From Klebsormidium nitens (taxonomy: Eukaryota > Plantae > Klebsormidiophyceae): a stretch of DNA of 64,000 nucleotides. This document shows positions 37,901 through 48,300 of this stretch, one piece after another (the first letter of the stretch is position 1; every line of letters starts with the position of its first letter). The notes under the pieces are model-generated. The model made no database searches, had not been told where the DNA came from, and was given only the letters and a program-made list of their open reading frames with translations. The stretch lies in contig DF237124.1 in NCBI GenBank assembly GCA_000708835.1, positions 62,001 through 126,000 on the forward strand. Reading direction: 5' to 3'. A program made the position numbers and the translations under genes.

Positions 37901-40618
37901 AGTGTTTGGATGTTACCCCTGAAAAAGTGAGCCCGCAGTGCATTGTCGCAAACCAATCCGCCTGTGCTTATTAGCCGTTTCTTACCCGCAGGCCATCGAG
38001 GGTGTGCCCAAGATCAAGGACCGCTACAACCCCGCCACGTGGATGCTCGAGATCACGACACCTGGCGCCGAACAGCGCCTCGGCCGCGACTTCGCCGACA
38101 TCTACCACAGCAGCGGGCTCTTCAAGCAGCAAGAAGCGCTCATCGCGGAGCTCGAGAAGCCGCCAGCTGGCACCTCGCCATTGGCGTTCGACACGGTGTA
38201 CGCGCGCAGTTTCTTCGACCAGTTCCGGGTGTGCTTCTGGAAGAACAACTGGACGTACTGGCGCAGCCCGCAGTACAACACGGTGCGCTTCTTCTTCACG
38301 GTCGTCGTCGCGCTGCTCTTCGGGACCATCTTCTGGAACAAGGGCACCAAGAGGTGAGCGGGTCAGAAACAGGACGTGTCAACTTTGAACCAAACGGTTT
38401 GGACGTTTTTCCAGGTGTTTTTTTTGGTAGCGTTTTCAAGGTGTTTTTGTTGTAGCTTTCCAAGGTGTTCTGTTGAAGCGTTTCAAGCTTTTTTGTTGTA
38501 GCCTTTCAAGGCGTTCGTGGTAGCGTCTCAAGATGTTCTCTTAAGTGTTGTTTATCTGGATTGGATCGGAAGTCAAAGGATGAAGAGACATGAAGGAATT
38601 AGGACAGAGCATGACGGTTCTCTGGCACTTGGCTATTGCTGCGACTCGTACGCTTGCTAATCATCTCTCTAGAATTCAACCGATATCGTGCTTCGGAATC
38701 AACCAAGAACCGGATACTGCGCGCCCTGTGGGGAGGCCAGCTTGCTGAAGCGATCGTCGTCGCGCCGTTCTCGCAGGGGGAGCCAGCAGGACATTTTCAA
38801 CGTGATGGGCGCCCTTTACGCGACGGTGCTGTTCCTGGGCTTCAACAACGCGTCCACCGTGCAGCCGGTCGTGGCCGTCGAGCGCTCCGTCTTCTACCGC
38901 GAGAAGGCCGCCGGGCTTTACCACCCGCTGCCGTTCGCCGCCGCGCAGGTGAGTGCGCGCGCCTAGTTGCGCGGTTGATTGCTTATTGTGTACGGGAAGC
39001 GTTCCATCGTAGACAGGGTGTGCGATACTCAGCTGGCTCGAAGAATCTGACAGTCGGGACTCAGAAGCGTTTGATTACGCATGGCTTCTTGTGCTTCAAT
39101 TTTTGTGTGATTCGTAACAAGCTCAAAGGCCGCCGAGTGAAGTATGTGAAAGTATTTCTGTAGAAAAGCCCAGAGATTCTGGGCAAAGGAAAGCAAGTAG
39201 CAGAGCTGGAAGCCAAGAGTTCCTTTCTTCTTCAGTGCGGAGTGGGCTTTTGTGACATTCCTGCTTGTGGACAGGTCCTGATATACACCCTCAACGACGC
39301 TGTGGCGAGGAAGCCCACAAGCATTCCATTTGTATACATCACTCATTTACTGACCCCGTGCTGGAGTTTAGGGTTTCAGCATACTCTAGTTGCGCTTGAC
39401 ACCAGTTTTTTCACGCAGGGCCTGGTGGAGCTGCCGTACCTGCTGGTGCAGGCGGCGGTGTACAGCATCATCACGTACAGCATGATCCAGTTCGAGTGGC
39501 AGGCCGGCAAGTTCTTCTGGTTCCTGCTCTTCATGTGGCTCACGCAGTGCTTCTTCACCTTCTACGGTGAGCCGCCACACGAACCCTTTGTTCCGTTTCT
39601 ATTCTGTCTGATTTCAATGTCTGCTGCCTGGGCAATTGTTTGTTGGCATGCGCGAGTCGGTCTATCTTTGGTCGCCCGCGCGCGGTTTGCCGACAGAGCG
39701 TGAGGAAGCAAACAAGCTTGCAAGTGCTCTTCCCAAACAACATCTAGTCCAGTCGATGCCGTCACTTTAACGCTAGCCATCGCACCTGTCACAGCTCCCC
39801 AATGTCTTCCAAAGATAGCTCTCAGCCCGTTGGGCTCACAAGTAGCTGCTGATGTCGGTCTATCCTGCCACTGACATCATCATCCGCTCACCGGCAGGCA
39901 TCATGGCGGTGGCCATCACTCCGTCGCAGCAGCTGGCGGCCGTCATCAGCAGCGCCTTCTACAGCATCTGGAACCTCTTCTCCGGCTTCCTCATCCCGCG
40001 CCCCGTAAGTCACGTTTTCGAAATGCAATCCAGACCCTCGAACTGCACACATAGTGCAGCTGGTTAAAGTATTAGCTGCTTCTTTGCAGCAGCGGAAGAG
40101 TCTGTCTTTTCATCTTTTCGCTGGTCGGTGCTGGTGGACCGTTCGCTTCTCTCCGCTGTGCGATGACCGGCCTCCCTCAATAACCCTTTGGGATAGTAGC
40201 CCAAGTACTTCTTCCCGCTGAATCCACGCTTCCCTTCTCCGACCTTTGCCACATGCTGTAAAGCAGAGACTGGGTCTCAGCGTCCCCCGCCTAAAAAGTC
40301 GTTACATTTCGCAGCTGCTGATCCACTTTTTTCCCCTCGCCCCTGCAGCAAATCCCGGGCTGGTGGATCTGGTACTACTACCTCAACCCGATGGCGTGGA
40401 CCTTGTACGGCCTCATCTCGTCACAGCTGGGCGACGTGTCCGAAGAGTTTACGCAGGAAGACGGGAGCCGGATCGCCGTGTCTGCGTATATCAAGCGTCA
40501 TTTTGGGTACCACCACAATCAGTTGGGACTGTGCGTCGGCGCAATGATCTGCTTTGTGGTCCTCTTCTGGGCGGTCTCTGCGACCGCGTACTGGAGGATC
40601 AACTTCCAAAAGCGGTAA
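25998..40618 (+). CDS. PDR: Full-size ABCG / pleiotropic drug resistance (PDR) transporter; 24 exons
   Basis: N-terminal [19 protein letters not shown]1: [42 protein letters not shown]1, then NBD2: [69 protein letters not shown]2, ending INFQKR* at 40618. All 23 introns traced with GT-AG ends and consistent phase. Confidence 0.96.
27013..27072. repeat. 22-bp direct repeat (period 33) in PDR intron 1
   Basis: tgtagatgcacaatgagcccta at 27013 and 27046. Confidence 0.85.
27546..27614. repeat. ~34-bp direct repeat (period 35) in PDR intron 2
   Basis: gatgatcggcggaagaagtgg..aaagtgtgta at 27546 and 27581. Confidence 0.85.
31170..31195. repeat. (AACGG)n microsatellite in a PDR intron
   Basis: About five copies of aacgg. 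Confidence 0.85.
37081..37380 (+). repeat. Triplicated splice acceptor + exon start at PDR exon 19
   Basis: Copies begin at 37094 (degenerate), 37198 (near-intact) and 37331 (functional). The last two share cctgttctgtcag|xCCTGGACGCxCGCGC...GTGATGCGCGCGGTGCGCAACGTGG. Confidence 0.88.
38409..38542. repeat. Degenerate minisatellite, ~22-24-bp unit x ~6, in a PDR intron
   Basis: Consensus approximately tttcaaggtgtttttgttgtagc(g). Confidence 0.8.
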
Positions 40619-43140
40619 AGTTATCGGTAATTTCAGCAGAGGCAGTTTGCAGGAAGTATTGGGAGAGGGAACGATGGGAAGACGTCGGACGGGCGCTGCG
40701 GGGGTGTGAACGACGAGCTGTCTGGCAGTCTGGCGGACGGCCGTGCATGTCAAATTTTATATACGAGTTGTTATGTCGTGTCAAATTGAGTTTCTCGTTT
40801 TACCGAATCTCGTCAACGGAGCTGGCGTGAACGGATTGGGATTATACGATTCTAGCTTGGGTAAAAGGTAACTGCGTCATACATAACAGCGCGCAATGCA
40901 GTACCTAATGTCTAGTAAGTAGGGGCAAAGTCCGTGTATACAAGCTTCTTGTGGCGCACGAGCCAAGAGCCCGTGTGCTCTTTCTTTAAAAGTAGCTAGC
41001 TAGACACAATATGAAGCAATCACCTCTTCTTCCTTTCACATCCCTGCACTTTCAGATTTCGGCGCATCACACCGCGGCCGGTGCCATGCATGCTAGTTTG
41101 CGGAATTCTTCGACATCATGGCGGCTGCATCCATGTATGTGCATGCGGCCACCCCAATTATTGCATTTTAATCAGTCTCAGTCAGACGTGTACAAATGTC
41201 GTCGGATGCCGTGCAACATTTTTAAGCGTATGAACTTACATCTGCGCGCAAATGCATATAGAACCATGGAATGTTTGGATACTAGATTCAAATTGTGGAT
41301 CCGTGACTCATACTTACGTCTGTAAAATTTGCGAATGCACAGCCTGAGTATGTGAGCCGTGTATAGTCGGATGCGCATACTCTGTCAATAGGCATGAGGC
41401 GGCGCTACTTCTGCGCGCGTGGCGCGGATGCGTCACATGCTACCGCGAGAAAAGCTGAAGGTATAAGTCGCACGGTATAGAGTGCACACCAGATATAGCC
41501 TATACAAACCCCTCGAAGAGGGGCCTAGGCTCGAATCTGCCTGCTCCGGGCACATGTGATCCGGGGACGCACACTGAAAGTTGGTCACGGAGTCGCAGCG
41601 TACCTCTGGCCCTTTTATGGCTCTGCATGTATATCGGCTTGACAGTATATATGGGGACTGACAAATTCTGACCTCGATTGTTTCTGTAGCGCTAGAAAAG
41701 TGGTATCCATGCATGCCACACCAGACATGCTGACAGGAATGGAAGGAGTCGTCCAACGGACTAGAAAGCACGCGGTCGCTACAGTAGCTGAACTTACGGG
41801 AGATACTGATTCAGTCACACGCTCAACCAACTCGTTGACTAGAACAAGACTGTATGAACCGGTGCTGGAGAATGTTGACACTGCAGGTCCTTAGTCGCCT
41901 GTACGTTCAGTCTCGTGACTCTGTGACCCTTCTGTATGCTCGTGACCTAATAATGGTTCAGGGGATGATCCTTTCTTGTATCTCGTACCTTACAATGGAG
42001 GGGCCTGTCGCTCAACCTCAGGATCTGGGGTGCTTGGTCTCGCATTTGGACCATCAACTCGTTCTTGGATGTTTTCCAACACCCACGTCGGCAGACCTGA
42101 GCAAGGAGGACACGTATTTAGAACAGCACGAGTCAGGTAGGTCGGAGCGAGGCGTTTGGTCAGTAGATGTTGGGACTCGGGGATTCTATTGATGAGTCTA
42201 AACCTTCGGTCAAGGCAGAGTTTCGCGATCCTTGAGAGGGTATATTGCGTACATTAGGCAACCAGCTAGTGTCTGCTCAAAACTGGCAATCAAGTGGTAC
42301 CGAAGCTCCAGACTTGCGGTGTCGATGCCAACGTATCATGGATAAGATTTGACAGTTTGTGCACTTCTATTATAGTAAGATACTCAGCCCTAACTTGCTC
42401 AGCCTACAGGGATAAGGATTACCCTGCCAATCACAGTCAACCGTGAGTGGAGTCCCTCATCAAACGCCTGGCGAAAATTCTTGGTTCTTACACTGTTATT
42501 TGATTCAAACCCCTGCTTCAGGCCTTAATAGGATACACAAGCCTTTTCTTGGGCCTGCGCTTGCTTCAATTCAAGAATCTGAAGACTTTGCGCTTGGAAA
42601 ACTGTACTTGGTCCGAAGTTCGAAACAAGAAAGCATCAAGAAAGAGATAAAGCCCACCAGCCAGTCCAATAGCATGTCTTCAACAAAATCTAGCAAGGCA
42701 TCGACAGTCAAGCCTACAGGCTGCCCAATTCAGCAGGTACTTCAAGAACTGTTCCATTCTCTTCTGTTGTAGCGCGACCACTCTCCTTGACAAAATGTTC
42801 CCTGTAAAGCTCGATCAGAAAGACTTTGCATATAGTGACCGCTCATCCTCCAAAAGCCCTTCCTTCAGTACCCCCGCTTAAGCTTAATGATCATTGATGC
42901 ATCAGCTTCTTATCCGAAAAAGTTATGGAAACAACAATTGGCGCAAAGGAATCATCAAGGTCGGTTCCGGGCAGAACGAAGCAGAAGGCTCGGGGATACA
43001 AATAGCCACTGACTCCTAGTCTGACTGATAGAGCAATTTGGCAAATTATCTGGTTTTGATACTACGATCTTGTCCACATCGAATCTGAGCAAAAGATTGG
43101 GGGAGCACGATGGGACTTTTGCAACACCGAGGAACATACC

Positions 43141-43257
43141 CCTTAGAAGGATTCGTCAGACTGGCCGTGGAAAGAAGGAAAAGGAAGATCAAGTAACACG
43201 CCCTCTTAAAGGATCCGCATGACTGGCCATCGAAAGAAGGAAAGGGAAGAACAAGTA
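43141..43257. repeat. ~55-bp tandem duplication (period ~62) at the 3' end of the glycosyltransferase gene
   Basis: ccttagaaggattcgtcagactggccgtggaaagaaggaaaaggaagatcaagta versus tcttaaaggatccgcatgactggccatcgaaagaaggaaagggaagaacaagta. On the minus strand each copy is a polypyrimidine tract followed by ggccag. Confidence 0.85.
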
Positions 43258-44460
43258 GAGGTCGAAGTGAAGGAACTCACTCCTGATCACCCCCAGCGCC
43301 GCTGCCCGCACCATCTCGTTTCGCTCGTCCAACGTGTTATCCGCCCCCCACACGTGGTTCACCGCCCGCCCGTTTGGCCCAATTTCCGTGAACGGGAACA
43401 CCGCAACATTCTTTTCATACTTTGGGTACACCAACCGGTTGAACGGCGTCTGCTCCCATGCGTGCTCAAACAACGTGGGCCCGTCGTATGAGAACCAATC
43501 TTCCAACAGTTGGATGGCTTTCTTGCTCCGCCGCAGCAAGAAGGTCCCCGCACACAGAACGTCCTTTTCCTGGATCCGATCAAACGCATCCGGCTCGCCC
43601 TGAAAGCCCCCCTTCTCGTTACCATTCCTCGCCATGATCATTTCGATCGCGTCGTCCCTCTCCTCGCCGCTGAAGAAGCTGGAGGGATCCCCCGGGACGA
43701 CCAGCTGCTTCGTGCGCACATTCTCCGACTCCTTATCTTCCTTCATCACTTGCATGACCCAATCTTCAACCCGCATTTTGTGCGACTCGAGGCGCACGTA
43801 CGAGTCCGAATCGATCATCATGGCCCACTTGCAGCAGCACTTGAGCTGGTCTCTCATATACGCCACCTTCAACCAAGAAGGGTGCCTATCCTTCTTGTAC
43901 ATGGTCGCGTTGCCGCTCGCAAAGCGGTACCCGTGCCGCATTGCGTACATCCAATTGACAAAGCGCGAGGGGCGGTGGTACTCGATCTCGCGCCCCCACT
44001 TCTCAAACGCCCCGCTCGGGCCGTCTTTCGAGCCCTCAAAGTCATCCTCGTTCCACCCAAAGCGGTGGTCCATCATGAGAATGCACCCCGGCAGATCTGC
44101 CGTCTTCTCAGGGAGTTTATTCACACCAGCAAGCCCACCCACAGCAGCGACTCCATTCTCACCCGCGAGCCCGTTCGCATCAGCCAGCCCCTTCCTCGGA
44201 AGCCCCAGCTCCTGGCTGCAGGAAGGCCCCGATGAGTAGAGTGTGAAAAAGAGCACGATCAGCACCCCAACGGCCAGTCCCCGGGCGATCGCAAAGAAGG
44301 CGGGCATAGACGCTCGCACCCCCATCTTGTTCTTGGCGAGGAAAAGAAACGTGGGCAGTGTCATTCGCCCAATCGGCTTGTCTTCACAAGAGCCCATGAC
44401 GCCGGCCGTGCGATCCGACTCTGGGGGTGAGAAGCTGCAGCTTGTCGGAAAAGTGCTCAT
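43189..44460 (-). CDS. Type II membrane glycosyltransferase, GT34 / GMA12-MNN10-like (GT-A fold); single large exon, possible short terminal intron
   Basis: 423-codon ORF with an N-terminal TM anchor (GLAVGVLIVLFFTLY) and stem. Motifs YAMRHGY, RHPSWLKV, WAMMIDSDSYV (DxD), AGTFLLRRSKKAIQLLEDW, WEQTPFN and VNHVWG appear in the order seen in GMA12/MNN10-type enzymes. Family assigned from motif recall only. Confidence 0.75.
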   Translation of the reverse strand: MSTFPTSCSFSPPESDRTAGVMGSCEDKPIGRMTLPTFLFLAKNKMGVRASMPAFFAIARGLAVGVLIVLFFTLYSSGPSCSQELGLPRKGLADANGLAGENGVAAVGGLAGVNKLPEKTADLPGCILMMDHRFGWNEDDFEGSKDGPSGAFEKWGREIEYHRPSRFVNWMYAMRHGYRFASGNATMYKKDRHPSWLKVAYMRDQLKCCCKWAMMIDSDSYVRLESHKMRVEDWVMQVMKEDKESENVRTKQLVVPGDPSSFFSGEERDDAIEMIMARNGNEKGGFQGEPDAFDRIQEKDVLCAGTFLLRRSKKAIQLLEDWFSYDGPTLFEHAWEQTPFNRLVYPKYEKNVAVFPFTEIGPNGRAVNHVWGADNTLDERNEMVRAAALGVIRSEFLHFDLYLFFPFLLSMASHADPLRGRVT

Positions 44461-45357
44461 GTTGGCTCAGTTAGGCTGCTCATGGATTCGCCGCTCGCTT
44501 GCCGGTTTCCACGCGTCTGATCAGCTGCGTACAGTGATGCGCCACCGCTGAGGGGAATGCACGCAGCGCACGTGAGAACTTTAGACAGTTGATTGGAAGG
44601 GAAACAGCGTATGTATGTGGCAACGCTGGCGCTCTTCCTTTTGCTGCTGAATTGCGAGCTGCCCTTTGCAAGCTCTCCAAATGGGAATGCCGAATTCCAG
44701 AACAATTTGTTTAGAAGCCTATGGTGCCCCATGATCCAACTCTGCTCGGTCCTCAGCCAAGACCTAAGCTTTCGGAGCAGAAACAGTGAGGAAGCCATTG
44801 GATTTCTGGCAGCAGGACGCGCCATCCTCGCAAGGTTGGTACTGCACAAGTCACAAGTGCGCAGCAAGACTGGGGAGAATCACGGTCAACTCTGCCCGCG
44901 TAAAGTGCGCTTCGGCCGAACCGGGCTGCCAGTGCAGGTTCTAGCCGCCCAATGTTGCGATTGTGTGCACTTCGGACGGCTGCGATTTTATTCTGACCAT
45001 TTTGTTTTCTGCCGGGGGCCGCAGCGACATCTTCGCGATGTGACTGCGAGATTTACGCGTTGTCAACTTTGATAAGTGACGCTTCAGAGTCAAGGATCTA
45101 TTGCTAGTGCAGACTGCGAGCTGGCACAGCAAGCTCAGATACACGTGGCAGCATGTGGAAGCTTTGCAAGTGGCATGTGACCTGCGAGGGATACTAGATA
45201 ACCTAGGTGGCCCGTCGCTGCGAGCGCGCGCGTGTCATCAAGCTGTAGGAACGGCACCGTCAGTCTGTGCAGGGTGCGATCTGTCACAGCGACTTTGTCT
45301 AGCATTTCACTAATTAAGAATCAGATTGTAAGAAGTTGGATTTGTTCCATCAAGTTC

Positions 45358-48300
45358 ATGGCCCGCATGGGCGCCCATGCAGAGGACGAAGTCAGCCACA
45401 TACCAGCAGAAGCGCTGAGCTACGAAGCTTTCCGGAGAGAGTATATGCTTGCAAACCAACCAGTGGTGGTTTCTGGCGCAACAAACAATTGGAGGGCGTT
45501 TCGAGAATGGAGGACGACGGACGGAAAGCCCAACCTGGCATTGCTCCGGGAGAAGTTTGGCAAGTCAGGAGTGCAAGTGAGGGATCCCCCTGAGCTGAAG
45601 GCAGCCTATGCTGCAGCTATGGTGTGATGAATGCATCAGAACCAGCTCATCCCCTGTTTGCTGCCAGACTTACATTTCGAGATGCAATCCGCTTTTGATA
45701 TCCATAAGGGAACAGACAGCTTCTTGAGAGGTGGGATTCTTGCACATCGTGCTGTCTTCAAGCTTGATCACAATGCTGTCTCACTTTGACACCTCCACTC
45801 TTCCAGCATTGTAGTTAGTTGTTAGTTAGCCTCTTTTGACGGCTGCACACAAAGGTGCCACCTGCTCAGAATGATATAGGAAAGAACCGTTCAAAATGCA
45901 CCACTGACTACCACTTGCGGTAGGCACTGATGATGAAGTGGCTGGATGATTGGTGGAACGCTGTCCCACATGAACATGCCCACTGATGCTCAGTCTGCCC
46001 CCGTACTGCCTCCCTTAATTCCGTCTGCTTGCGCTCCTTTGTTTCATCTCTCAGAATGTATAAGTCGTCATTCCCCATCTATCGTGCACACACTTTATCC
46101 ACACCACCAGTCCAAAAACCATTGATCATGTTGGCTCCCTTCCCACTTCTCATACCACCTCCCTCTTGCTCAGGAAGATGGTATTCGTCAATCCGGACTC
46201 CAATCCATGATTGTTCTCTGTACTTTTCAAACAGGTGGCAGACTGCAGTCAACATCGGTTTGGCGACCAGGAGCGGTTAACCATGACCGTCAGCGACTTC
46301 ATAAGCTATTGGGAGCAACACATAGCTGCACGCGACTCCGCCCCGTGCGCCCTCCCCCCCCAACCACCAAGCGCCAGTGAACCCATTGAAACTTCCGCTA
46401 ACCAGCCGAAATCCCCTGAGATCCAAAGCTTTCCTCCTCCAGACACACTTCATTCGCCACAAAACCTTGCACCGCTAAATAACGCAAGCATAGAACCACT
46501 TTGCTCTCCTGTATATCCGGGGAAAAGCAGGGATCAGGGCCCCGCAGGAGGCAGCGTTCAAGGGGAAGAGGCTCGGTTACTGTACCTCAAAGACTGGCAT
46601 CTCGTGGCAGAGTACCCTGGGTATCGTGCATATGAGACGCCCGTCTACTTCCAGGTATACTTTTGGGCCCTGGTGGCTGTCGGGCCAACACCTGGCCCAT
46701 GTGTGTTTGTCTTGGAGGTTGAAACAAAAGTGACGCATCTGCTGTCCTTAGAGATGACGATTTCACTGCTCAGGTGGTTCACACAGATACGTGTTTCTCT
46801 AGGAAGGCTTTTCAGGAGACTTTAGGCGTCCTTTCCTCTTCTTTCAGCTTGAACAACCGTCTTCTATGCTTATTCGACCTAAAGAAGAGGGTCCCATCGT
46901 GCCTTCTTGGAGGCAGAATCGGTCCCTCCTGCTTTCTTTGTTCGCTGCCTCTGGTTACTGGTTTTTCACCATCTGGCAGGACGATTGGTTGAACGAGTAC
47001 CTCGATCGCCACCCAATGCAATACGAGGCCCCTTCTGCCTCCATGGCAGACGGAGCTTTTGGCTCTGGAACGTCGAGAATGCAAACCGAGCAGTGCGGTC
47101 CGACAGCAAGTGACGATTCTACCGATGCGCCCCAGCTTCATCTAGACTGCACCAAGTCTGCTGAGCTTCCCAGTCCCAATATTCACTCAGCGAGTCTGCA
47201 GTCCGATAGCCAATCAGCACAGCGTTTGCCTGCGCCCAACGAGACTCCTCTATCAGGACACGAACCTAGCTCCACCCACAACCAAACATCCCCTCGACCA
47301 ACCCACTCGGCGTCACAGTCACACGTTTCGCTTCCCGTAATAAACCCACCGCACGAGCCCACAAGCAACAGATTGCCCCCTGCCAATCACCAACCGAGCA
47401 ACGTTGACTCGGAGCGTATTCACACCGAGTCGGCGGGGCCCCTTCCCGGGGTGGAGTGTGCCGACTACCGCTTTGTGTACATGGGCCCCGCCGGCAGCTG
47501 GACGCCCTGCCACGCGGACGTCCTGCGGTCGTACAGCTGGTCCGCAAACGTGTGCGGACGCAAGCTCTGGCGCCTGCTGCCGCCGGACCAGGCCTGGATG
47601 CTTTTCGACAGGTGGGCACCCTCAAAATGCGAAACTTCCGAGTGTCCGGAATTGAAAAAAATTCTATCATGTCGGTAATTGTGCAGCCTGGTGTTTCTTT
47701 GTAGTCTCCATTATACGGAAGGGATGCGAGATCGTTGTTAGAGCTGAACGTTGATCGATTGTTATTTTGGCAGAGCGAGCTGGTGTTTCTCTGGAGTCTG
47801 ATGCACAAAAGGGTGTGTTTTGTTCTTCTGGATCTGCGAATGATGTCTAGTTGTATCTGTATCTATGCGAAATGTTGGGAATCCATGGGCGATCGTGAAG
47901 GTCACTGGTTTTCCCCAGAAGGACTCTCGAAGGGACCACACTGCTATCAAGCGTTCCTGCGATTTCGATCTCGCAACAAAACCATTGCGCTGTGCCGTTC
48001 GGCCCTTAAGGTGCTCTGCGAAAGGACGATGTTTTCCGAATTTTGCGAATCTTGCAATTGCTCTCCTCCGGATACGGCGAGCCGCTTTCCCGTCCGTTCG
48101 TTCCGCTCCAAGTGCCTTCGCAACCCAAGCTACCCCAGCAACTGCCGGCCACCCTTCCGCAAACTCTCTCCTTATGTTATCTGCCTCCTTTTCTCGCCCC
48201 CATTCACACCGACCGAAAACGCAGGCACGGGCGGTCCTCGGTGTACGACATTGACGCCCCGATTGACGCCGCCCAGTTCCCGCACTTCGCTCAGACGCGC

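Noticed and set aside
41509-41528. Hairpin CCCCTC-GAA-GAGGGG followed by CTAG, resembling a Helitron 3' end
   Set aside because: The CTAG is 1 nt from the hairpin rather than about 8-12 nt, and I found no matching 5' TC end or AT target.
45923-45990. Intronic box C/D snoRNA-like segment (TGATGA...CTGA with a 4-bp terminal stem) in JMJD4 intron 1
   Set aside because: It is short, and I could not identify an rRNA or snRNA guide of 10 nt or more from memory. A snoscan or Rfam search would be needed.
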